Of a stretch of DNA of 44,463 bases, positions 28,030 through 36,221 are shown in pieces. Made by a program: the position numbers and the translations under genes. Each line of letters starts with the position of its first letter. Within the stretch, counting starts at the first letter, position 1. The notes below the pieces were generated by a model. The model saw nothing but the letters and a program-made list of their open reading frames with translations, was not told the DNA's origin and did not search any database. This DNA comes from Ignavibacteriota bacterium (GTDB lineage Bacteria; Bacteroidota; Ignavibacteria; Kapaibacteriales; UBA961): NCBI GenBank assembly GCA_016197185.1, contig JACPWH010000018.1:1-44463 (forward strand), in the 5' to 3' direction.

Positions 28030-28158
28030 TTGTTGAAACTGATAATTTCTGAAAGAAACTTGAAGCAAAGTTCTCACTCTGCGTTAGCAAGGAGAGTGTT
28101 TCTTTCGTAAGTTATCAGTATCTCGACCAAGGGCGTTTTGAAATTGCGCCCTTCTTTT
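28030..28158 (+). ncRNA. Candidate structured RNA / leader: long hairpin followed by an intrinsic terminator
   Basis: ACTGATAA(28038)/TTATCAGT(28112) and GAAAGAAAC(28051)/GTTTCTTTC(28098) arms; then AAGGGCG..CGCCCTT plus T tract. Confidence 0.5.
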
Positions 28159-28251
28159 ATGCCTAAAATTTTCAAATCCTAAAAATGAGTAATAAATGAA
28201 TGTGTACTTAATTCTTTAATTTACTATACTTCCATCTTTATTTATGTTTTT

Positions 28252-28683
28252 ATGAAAAAATACATCGTTGTAAATATGTTGTTTCTATTCTTAGGAACAA
28301 TTTCATTGAGAGCAAATGTCGATCCCGCAAATAGAAAAAATTGTAATCCGCCATGCTGTGCAAATATTGTAACTGGATACGGAAATGTTTGTTCATCTCA
28401 AGCTGTCCGCTGTGTAATTGCATGCCGGATAATATGTAGTTCTAATTCAGAATATAATAATCAAAATTCCAGCGCAAATGCCTGTAGTGTACAAATGATC
28501 TCCTCAAATGCATGTAAGGTTAGAATAGGTGGTGCATTTTGCGATGAGGTATGCGACCCTTGTTCAGCTTCTGATGTAGGTGTAGATATTTGTGGTGCAG
28601 GTTCTTGCACACAAAGTCTTTTTAATTATAATAGTTACGGTGATTATTCTTGTTATTTGCAATCATATATTTTTTCACGGTAG
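28252..28683 (+). CDS. Secreted cysteine-rich protein (15 Cys)
   Basis: Signal peptide ending LRA; 15 Cys in about 122 mature residues. Confidence 0.75.
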   Translation: MKKYIVVNMLFLFLGTISLRANVDPANRKNCNPPCCANIVTGYGNVCSSQAVRCVIACRIICSSNSEYNNQNSSANACSVQMISSNACKVRIGGAFCDEVCDPCSASDVGVDICGAGSCTQSLFNYNSYGDYSCYLQSYIFSR

Positions 28684-28710
28684 TTGTTAACTTAATAATA
28701 GGGGTATATT

Positions 28711-30033
28711 ATGAAAGAATTAATAATGTTTACCGTTACTTTCTTAGTGTCGGTAACCTCATTACTAGCTCAGTGGGGTACTCCGGTTTTTCGCATAAAA
28801 CCTGATGATGTAAATTATTTACGATACTTTTACTACCGAAATAATTTCGATTCTGCTTTTGTTACCTATAGCTTTGGCGAAGTTAAGGTTTCCTCAGGAA
28901 GTGGGTGGAACCGGTTATATCTATCATCTGCTCTAAAAATGAATGAACAAAAACAGGGAGAACAGGGTCAAGGTGAAAATACTCAGCTTCTGCAATATAG
29001 TCGTTCTGAACATTTTATTATGCCGGACAGCGGACAGATTAGTTATTACCGTGAGTTGTCAGTATCTCCATCACCGTGTGGAATATTCATTGACGATGGC
29101 GGGTCGGGGGGGGCAGGAGATGGTTTGGGGCATGCTTGGTTGGTGGGACAAAATAAAATAACCGACAAGACAGAATTTGTTGTCCAGCTTATCAGGGCTT
29201 CCGACAGTGTAGTGTTGGCTGTTCTTGACAGTGTAGGAGTTAAGCAGAATCCTTTATCTAACTATGCACCGTATTACGGCACAACCCCCAATCATTTCAA
29301 AACAATCCGTGTTTTGCCTCAAGGGTATGGAAATACTGAGGCTTACCTTCAGGTCTCTCCACGAAGGTATGGCCCTACTCCTTATGGGATAGATATGAAA
29401 ATGTACTCCTCATGGATCAGCAACTCTACTATTTTCGAGCGTGACGACACAACCCAAGTATGGGGATTAACCCCTGCTCAAAACAAAATTATAGACCAAC
29501 AGTATTTTGCACAAATTTTATCCTATTATGACAGTGTGAAAACGGCAACCGGACATTTACCGTACGAGGGTGCAGAATTGCTTTTCAGTTCGGATTCATT
29601 AGGTCAAATTTTTGATAACAGATATTACGATCAACACACAGAACCAAACGGTAGAGTTTACTATACAGAAAAAAGTGGCTTTTCCAAAAACGCATCGAAT
29701 GAGCCAGAGCGTTCATCTGTTAAGAATGGTATTGTTTGCGCTAATAATATTTGTAAATTGAGAGATGCACAGATTGAAAGTGTCATGCCTAATCCCAGTT
29801 CAGGAAATACTCAAATATCAATTACGGCATATAAGGAAATGTCAAATGTAGCAATTGAAATATATACAATAGGAGGTCAAAAAATAGGACGTATATGGTC
29901 AGGATTGCTTCTAAAAGGAACGAACACGATAAGTGTAAATATGTCAGACTATTCTAATGGTACTTATGGTGTTTATTGTAATAATCAGAATGGTGAGACA
30001 GTAGATTTTGATAGAATTATTATTGTGAGGTAA
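28711..30033 (+). CDS. T9SS type-A CTD cargo protein of unknown function
   Basis: Signal peptide (LLA-Q); C-terminal VMPNPSSG..IEIYTIGGQKI..G.Y.V..IIIVR sorting domain. Confidence 0.88.
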   Translation: MKELIMFTVTFLVSVTSLLAQWGTPVFRIKPDDVNYLRYFYYRNNFDSAFVTYSFGEVKVSSGSGWNRLYLSSALKMNEQKQGEQGQGENTQLLQYSRSEHFIMPDSGQISYYRELSVSPSPCGIFIDDGGSGGAGDGLGHAWLVGQNKITDKTEFVVQLIRASDSVVLAVLDSVGVKQNPLSNYAPYYGTTPNHFKTIRVLPQGYGNTEAYLQVSPRRYGPTPYGIDMKMYSSWISNSTIFERDDTTQVWGLTPAQNKIIDQQYFAQILSYYDSVKTATGHLPYEGAELLFSSDSLGQIFDNRYYDQHTEPNGRVYYTEKSGFSKNASNEPERSSVKNGIVCANNICKLRDAQIESVMPNPSSGNTQISITAYKEMSNVAIEIYTIGGQKIGRIWSGLLLKGTNTISVNMSDYSNGTYGVYCNNQNGETVDFDRIIIVR

Positions 30034-30112
30034 TTTATTATTGCGAAGCAATTTGTTATATTTTCACATTTGCCATATATTGCAAGATATGAAATAATTA
30101 TTAAAATAAAGA

Positions 30113-30136
30113 AAGGGGCGTATTCAATACGTCCCT
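30113..30136. terminator. Hairpin between convergent genes, probable terminator
   Basis: GGGGCGTATT-C-AATACGTCCC. Confidence 0.65.
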
Positions 30137-30193
30137 ATAATAGATTCTAATTTGCTTAATGCCAAGTTAGTGGTTTTCTCCTCAACACTTCTC

Positions 30194-32137
30194 CTACTCC
30201 AACTGTTCCTGCAACGTACTCCACAATTCCATAGCATCCTCTAGTTCCTTACGTTTATCGTTATAAAGTAGGGTAATGGATGACGAGCTTTTGGGGTTTG
30301 TATAAAACTCAGGATGACTCATTTCATTTTCAATGGTAGCGATTGCTTTTTCGAGCATTGCAATAAGAGTCTCGGTTTCGGTAATATGCTTTTCGATTGA
30401 CCGGCGGTCTTTATCATTGCGTTTTAGGTGACTTGGCGCAGGCGTATGTGGTTTCGGCTGAACAGCAGGTTTTATCTCGTTCTTGAGATTGTTTTGTGCA
30501 GTTTTCTTAATTTCCAATTGTCTGAGTGATTCAATCTTGTTGTCACGTAAGAAGTCATATACATCACCCGAATATTCTTTGAGTTTTCCGTTCTTGAATT
30601 CCACTACTTTATTTGTTAGACCCTGCAAGAATTCACGGTCGTGCGATACCACAATCATAGCACCGTCATAGTCCAAAAGCGATTGCTTCAACACGTCTTT
30701 TGCACGCATATCCAAATGGTTTGTCGGCTCATCCAATACCAGAAAGTTAATCGGTTCAAGTAATAGCTTAGCAAGGGCAAGACGTGATTTCTCCCCCCCT
30801 GAAAGTACCTTGACTTTTTTGAAAACAGCATCACCACTAAATAAAAATGCGCCTAACAAACTACGAACCCTAGTTCTCATTTCGCCTGCTGCTGCATTGT
30901 CAATAATTTCAAAAACAGTTGAGTTCCCATCCAAACTCTCTGCCTGGTGTTGGGCATAATATCCGATTTTAACATTATGTCCAATTTTGAGTGTTCCGAT
31001 ATAACTTTCCAAACCCACAAGGATTTTGGAGAAGGTAGTTTTACCCTCACCATTTTTACCAACAAAGGCAACTCTATCGCCACGTTCCAAACCGAAGTCA
31101 ATTTCATTTAGAATAGTTTTTTCGCCGTATTTCTTTGTTAATTTTTCTGTTTCAACTACTACTTGCCCTGAACGGGGTGCAGGCGGGAAACGGAATTTAA
31201 TAGCGGATGTATCCTCTTCTTCAATTTCAATACGTTCAATTCTATCAAGTGCTTTTACACGGGATTGAACGCGTGAAGCAAGGTTTGCTTTGGAACGAAA
31301 ACGTTCAATAAATTCTTCAGTCTTGGCAATTTCACGCTGCTGATTTTTATATGCGTTCATTGTTTGTTCGCGTCGCTCCTGACGAAGGACAACGTAACGG
31401 GAATAAGAAGCAGGATAATCCTCAATATTTCCATTGGTTATTTCGATTGTCCTTGTGCAGACCGAGTCAAGAAATGCACGGTCGTGCGATACAAGAACTA
31501 CCGAACCTTCATACGTTTTAAGATATTCTTCCAGCCATTGAATAGACTCAATATCAAGGTGATTTGTAGGCTCATCAAGAAGGATGCAATCCGGTTTGCG
31601 AAGAAGCATTTTGGCAAGTTCGATACGCATTTGCCACCCGCCGGAAAACTCATCTACAAGACGATCCATGTCTCTTTCCAAAAATCCTAAACCGGTTAAT
31701 ATACGCTGAACATCGCCTTCCATCGTATAGCCGCCGTGGAAATCGAAATATTCGTTTGCCTCACCGAGCTTGTGCAGAATATCACTGTATTCGTCGGATT
31801 CATAATCTGTTCGTGTAGCAAGTTGCTCTGAATAAAGATGAATTTTATGTTCGAGTTCTACGAGTTCTGCGAGAGCGGTTTTGGTTTCTTCATAGACTGT
31901 TTTACCAAGAGTTGCCTCAATATCTTGTGAAAGATAACCGACTGTAAAATCATTCGGTTGTGATACCGATCCAGTTTCGGCTTCCTGTTGACGCGCAAGT
32001 ATTTTTAAGAGCGTAGATTTACCGGCTCCGTTTTTACCAACCAAACCGATACGGTCGCGCAAACCGATGGTAAATGAAATATCGTCAAAAAGATAATAAC
32101 CGCCGAAATGGATAGAAAGATGTGATATTGAGAGCAT
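30194..32137 (-). CDS. ABC-F family ribosome-associated ATPase
   Basis: Two ABC domains (GKNGAGKST/FSGGW/LDEPTNHLD and GKNGEGKTT/LSGGE/LDEPTNHLD), C-terminal coiled coil, no TM. Confidence 0.95.
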   Translation of the reverse strand: MLSISHLSIHFGGYYLFDDISFTIGLRDRIGLVGKNGAGKSTLLKILARQQEAETGSVSQPNDFTVGYLSQDIEATLGKTVYEETKTALAELVELEHKIHLYSEQLATRTDYESDEYSDILHKLGEANEYFDFHGGYTMEGDVQRILTGLGFLERDMDRLVDEFSGGWQMRIELAKMLLRKPDCILLDEPTNHLDIESIQWLEEYLKTYEGSVVLVSHDRAFLDSVCTRTIEITNGNIEDYPASYSRYVVLRQERREQTMNAYKNQQREIAKTEEFIERFRSKANLASRVQSRVKALDRIERIEIEEEDTSAIKFRFPPAPRSGQVVVETEKLTKKYGEKTILNEIDFGLERGDRVAFVGKNGEGKTTFSKILVGLESYIGTLKIGHNVKIGYYAQHQAESLDGNSTVFEIIDNAAAGEMRTRVRSLLGAFLFSGDAVFKKVKVLSGGEKSRLALAKLLLEPINFLVLDEPTNHLDMRAKDVLKQSLLDYDGAMIVVSHDREFLQGLTNKVVEFKNGKLKEYSGDVYDFLRDNKIESLRQLEIKKTAQNNLKNEIKPAVQPKPHTPAPSHLKRNDKDRRSIEKHITETETLIAMLEKAIATIENEMSHPEFYTNPKSSSSITLLYNDKRKELEDAMELWSTLQEQLE

Positions 32138-32220
32138 GGAAGAGACAAAGAGAGAATATAAAAGAATTAACAGCAATTAAACATTAACGCTCAAACAGCT
32201 TTTTTAATTTATTTTGAAGA

Positions 32221-32664
32221 CTATTGTACAACTTCCATACTCGTAATAACAAAGACAGGTACGCGTTGGTCGCCAATAATAGCATTTGTTTCTGCTTCAC
32301 TTCTGCCGGCTTGTCCTGCGTATTCACGTGCATCATCTTCGTTAGTTAATTGTTCTTGAACTTTACCTTCGAGAGCTATTTTCTTACCTCCACAGTCCAT
32401 CGGAGCAGCAAAGTCCTTATCTTTGACAATTACATGCAGTTTTTGTTTGCCGTCGGTTACTACAAGCCAGCATCCTTCTGTTTGGCATACTTGATAGCAG
32501 TCGCCTTCTACTCGTATGATTCTATCGTAATTAGCAGGTTTGACAGCACCTGAGACAGTAATAGATTTTTCACTTTTAAGTGTGAAAGGCGCACCGAATG
32601 TAGCGTTCCTACCGGAGCATGACAGTAGAATGCAACTGCAAAAAAGAAGAATAATCAACTTCAT
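32221..32664 (-). CDS. DUF4920-like lipoprotein
   Basis: Lipobox LLSC; FGAPF, VCQTEGCW, KDKDF..P. Confidence 0.85.
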   Translation of the reverse strand: MKLIILLFCSCILLSCSGRNATFGAPFTLKSEKSITVSGAVKPANYDRIIRVEGDCYQVCQTEGCWLVVTDGKQKLHVIVKDKDFAAPMDCGGKKIALEGKVQEQLTNEDDAREYAGQAGRSEAETNAIIGDQRVPVFVITSMEVVQ

Positions 32665-32685
32665 AATATTAAATCAAGAATAGCA

Positions 32686-32711
32686 AAAAAGCCCAACGCG
32701 AAGTCGGGCTT
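32686..32711 (-). terminator. Terminator after tRNA-Thr
   Basis: Minus strand AGCCCGAC-TTCGC-GTTGGGCT followed by a T run. Confidence 0.8.
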
Positions 32712-32724
32712 GAAAAAAGGTAAG

Positions 32725-32797
32725 AGCCAATTGCCGGATTCGAACCGGCGGCCTGCTCATTACGAATGAGCTGCTCTACCAGCTGAGCTAAATTGGC
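32725..32797 (-). tRNA. tRNA-Thr(CGT)
   Basis: Reverse complement GCCAATT/AATTGGC acceptor stem, GCTCA-TTCGTAA-TGAGC anticodon arm, GTTCGAAT. Confidence 0.96.
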
Positions 32798-33046
32798 GTA
32801 TCGCTCTGCGAAATTACGGAAGTTTTCAAAATTTGACAAGGAAAAATCCATGCGGAGGAGATGTGTAGCTCCATTATCACATACGGTCAAGCTGAAAAAA
32901 CACAGTATATTACTCTATAATTTGCTAATTTTGAAGACTTAATTCGTCAGTTCATACGTCAACTATAAACTTAGTTGATAGGATTTGCACGCCAATCATT
33001 ATCCAAGTCCATTTTCTTATATATCATATTTTTCAATCCGACCCCT

Positions 33047-34822
33047 ATGAAGTTTATCAAAAAGTATGCGTTTCTGTCCCTATTCTTGGTAAGTACACCA
33101 ACCCTTTTTGCAGGTAATGATGATATCCTCCGTGCAATGCGTGATGAAATCCAGCGTTCGCTTTCACAGTTATCTGTACCGACTCTCCAAAAACCTTATT
33201 ATGTGGAATATACACTCACTTTTCGTGATGCACAGAGCATGAAAGCATCTCTTGGGGGTATCGTTCATGAACGCCATAGCCCCGTTGCAACCCTCTCTGT
33301 CGGTATCCGCGTAGGTAAACCGGAGTTTGATAATACTAACTATTTCGATGTAAGTTTAGGCTTTTTTGGCAGTGCCGATGATGAAGAATCATTTCATAAT
33401 CGACGTGTTCCGCTTGAATTGGACTATTCTTCTCTTCGCCGCGAATTATGGCTTGCAACAGATGCTTGTTATAAACAGTCAGCCGAGCTATTTGCCAAAA
33501 AAGAAGCATCGATTAAAAACCGTATGCGTACCGATACAACTCCCGATTTCAAAGGATTGTCGGCACAAACATTGGCAGATACAGGGGCAGTACCTGTGTT
33601 TGATGCAGCATACTTCAGACAATTATGTAAAGATCTGTCGGCAATTTTCAGTGAATATAGTGCAATCAGCGCGTCGAGTGTGAATGTGGAATTTACACCT
33701 GAACATATTTATTATGTAAACAGCGAAGGACGGGAATATCAAAAAACGGAATATTATACTGGACTTGAAGTTGTAAGCTCAACACAGGCATCCGATGGTA
33801 TGCCTCTTGCGAATGTATATACTTCGTATAGTCGTAAACCGACTGAGCTGCCAAGTCAAGATTCTTTGATGAATGCTGTAAAACTGACGGCTGCTAATTT
33901 GAACCGACTTACATTTGCACCTACTCTAGCCGATGCGTATTCGGGTCCTGTGCTTTTTGAAGATCAAGCTGCTGCAGAAATTGTTGCACAAATGTTTGCA
34001 CCAAATCTTGTTGCGCAGCGTCAACCGCTTACCGAACGGGGTATGCAGGAATCTGAACGCTATAGTGCATTTCAAAACAAAATAGGGGGTCGTGTTTTAC
34101 CTGAGTTCCTATCAATAACAGCAATCCCTACTAAAAATAATTTTGGGACAACATCGCTTATCGGCAGCTATGTAGTTGATGATGACGGTATTGCTGCCCA
34201 ACAGGTCAATTTGGTAGAAAACGGTTACTTGAAAACATTGCTCTCGTCAAGAATACCCACTAAACGCATTAAACAATCTAACGGACATCAACGCGGCGGT
34301 GCTGCTATGCTCAGTACATTGGAATTGACAGCCAAACCCGAAAAGAAAGCGGATAAACAATTGGAGTCAGTCGCCCTACGCCAAAAAATGCTCAAACTTT
34401 GTAAAGATCGTGAATTACCGTATGGAATCGTAGTTCACAAAGCACTCAATCAAAATATTCTGTTTACAGCTTTGTATGAACAAACTGCAGGGGAATACCC
34501 GTTTGCACAAGGCGAAACAAAACTTTCACTTTTGGAAGTGTATAAACTCTATCCAAACGGGAAAGAAGAACTTGTGCGGGGCACAGAAGCAGCAGGCCTA
34601 ACAGTTCAAGCATTCAAAGATATAATTGCAGTAGGGAAAAAACAATCTGCGTATAATTATCTTGCATCTGCCATTGCGTCGCCATTTGTAACTGGAGGCT
34701 CTCAATATATGGGGGCATCACTAATTATACCTGATATTCTATTTGAAGATTTGGAAATTCGACCATTAGAAGGAGATTTTCCAAAACCTCCGTTCCTCGG
34801 ATCACCACTCGGGAAAAAGTGA
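33047..34822 (+). CDS. Exported TldD/PmbA-family protein (no HExxH, TldE/PmbA-like)
   Basis: Signal peptide; AMRDE..RS, PYYVEY, YSGPVLFE, DDDG...LVENGYLK, SNGHQR, EELVRG. Confidence 0.8.
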   Translation: MKFIKKYAFLSLFLVSTPTLFAGNDDILRAMRDEIQRSLSQLSVPTLQKPYYVEYTLTFRDAQSMKASLGGIVHERHSPVATLSVGIRVGKPEFDNTNYFDVSLGFFGSADDEESFHNRRVPLELDYSSLRRELWLATDACYKQSAELFAKKEASIKNRMRTDTTPDFKGLSAQTLADTGAVPVFDAAYFRQLCKDLSAIFSEYSAISASSVNVEFTPEHIYYVNSEGREYQKTEYYTGLEVVSSTQASDGMPLANVYTSYSRKPTELPSQDSLMNAVKLTAANLNRLTFAPTLADAYSGPVLFEDQAAAEIVAQMFAPNLVAQRQPLTERGMQESERYSAFQNKIGGRVLPEFLSITAIPTKNNFGTTSLIGSYVVDDDGIAAQQVNLVENGYLKTLLSSRIPTKRIKQSNGHQRGGAAMLSTLELTAKPEKKADKQLESVALRQKMLKLCKDRELPYGIVVHKALNQNILFTALYEQTAGEYPFAQGETKLSLLEVYKLYPNGKEELVRGTEAAGLTVQAFKDIIAVGKKQSAYNYLASAIASPFVTGGSQYMGASLIIPDILFEDLEIRPLEGDFPKPPFLGSPLGKK

Positions 34823-34979
34823 GAATATGTTGCAATATGAACGCAACTAATTTCAAATATTTTTATCTGCTAAGTATTAATAGAATAATCAAGTAAGACT
34901 TGTATAGCAGCCTGTAGGTAATAACAAGGTAAGTCATATCTCATCTTGTTTTGAATAGTATAAGTAAAGAAATTCAATT

Positions 34980-35609
34980 ATGATTGAAATCGAAGAATGG
35001 GGACTGATTGACTTCAATGAGGCTTGGGAAAGACAACGTATCCTTGCTGCTGATGTTCTTAAAGGTGAGAAACGAAGTACACTCGTGCTTTGCGAGCATC
35101 CTACGGTTATAACAATAGGACGTAACGGTACGGATGCAAACGTTATAGCCACTACTGATACGTTGACAGAAAAAAGAGTAAATGTTATTCCCATTAATCG
35201 CGGTGGGGACGTTACACTTCATAATCCCGGTCAGCTTGTCGGATACCCGATTTTTAAATTGACCGACTTCCGAGAAGATTTACATTGGTTCCTGAGAGAG
35301 ATTGAAGAATGTATTATTGCAACAATCGGACAATTCGGAGTTTTGGGCAGTCGTGTGGATGGTTCTACAGGTGTGTGGATTGAACATCAAAGGAAGGTCT
35401 GTGCTATTGGAATTCATTGTTCACGGTGGGTAACATCCCATGGTTTTGCTCTGAATGTAAATAATGATATTCGTGAATTTGAGATGATAATCCCGTGTGG
35501 GATTACTGACAAGGAAGTAACGTCAATCGAAATTGAAAGCTCCGATGTTATTATTTTCCAAAAAGTTAAAGAAATATGTGCGAGTGAATTTCTCCGTCGG
35601 TTCAGTTGA
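34980..35609 (+). CDS. lipB: Lipoyl(octanoyl) transferase
   Basis: CEHPTVITIGR, RGGDVTLHNPGQLVGYPI, RKVCAIG, HGFALNV, IIPCGI. Confidence 0.97.
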   Translation: MIEIEEWGLIDFNEAWERQRILAADVLKGEKRSTLVLCEHPTVITIGRNGTDANVIATTDTLTEKRVNVIPINRGGDVTLHNPGQLVGYPIFKLTDFREDLHWFLREIEECIIATIGQFGVLGSRVDGSTGVWIEHQRKVCAIGIHCSRWVTSHGFALNVNNDIREFEMIIPCGITDKEVTSIEIESSDVIIFQKVKEICASEFLRRFS

Positions 35610-35624
35610 GACGAGAAAATATTT

Positions 35625-35656
35625 TTTGACAGATTGTTGAAAACTTTGTAGTTTTG
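35625..35656 (+). promoter_or_regulatory. Bacteroidota-type promoter for tRNA-Gly
   Basis: TTTG (35625-35628) - 20 nt - TAGTTTTG (35649-35656). Confidence 0.75.
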
Positions 35657-35675
35657 CGTCGAATTGAAAACGCAA

Positions 35676-35748
<73 letters not shown>

Positions 35749-35784
35749 CGACAGCGCAAGTTGTCAACCTCCTCTTTATGCTGC

Positions 35785-35823
35785 ATGCCTTGTCATCATT
35801 CCCCCCGATGACGAGGCATTTTT
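35785..35823 (+). terminator. Terminator after tRNA-Gly
   Basis: ATGCCTTGTCATC...GATGACGAGGCAT stem followed by a T run. Confidence 0.85.
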
Positions 35824-36221
35824 ATAAGTATATTTACGTATTTTAAGTAAAAAAAAGTATTTAAGCAAAAAAAGTATTTGGTTGCAAATATTTCTTAGTG
35901 TATTTTCGTCTCATAATTACATCTATATTAGCCGAACTAATTCTCTGCCTACTGCACATTTCTACCTCAACTATAAAACGCGGTTTGCTTGTGTTTTTCT
36001 TTAACACTATCTATTTTTAGAAGGTTAGAATAAACAAAGTGGGCGTTTTGTATCTATATCTGTCTTTATTCTCTTTTGTATTAACCGATTAGTTTATTAA
36101 CATTTCCGTGTGAATCATTCAACGGATAGTTTTTTACGCCTATACAAAATTCAAGTATGACCGGACGTTTACCCATTTAATTGTCAGTAGTTTTTATAAA
36201 ACCATAAGAGGTAACTCCTTT

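Noticed and set aside
28252-28683. RiPP (ranthipeptide/sactipeptide) precursor processed by the TldD-like protein
   Set aside because: It has a Sec signal and is long; no modifying enzymes are adjacent, and the TldD-like gene is separated by unrelated genes
32669-32890. 73-aa ORF (and 35523-35786, 35664-35846)
   Set aside because: These overlap the tRNA-Thr and tRNA-Gly genes and are spurious translations
35844-35880. Direct repeat TAAG(T/C)A7-8GTATT upstream of porU
   Set aside because: Low-complexity A-tract duplication; only two copies and no spacer structure
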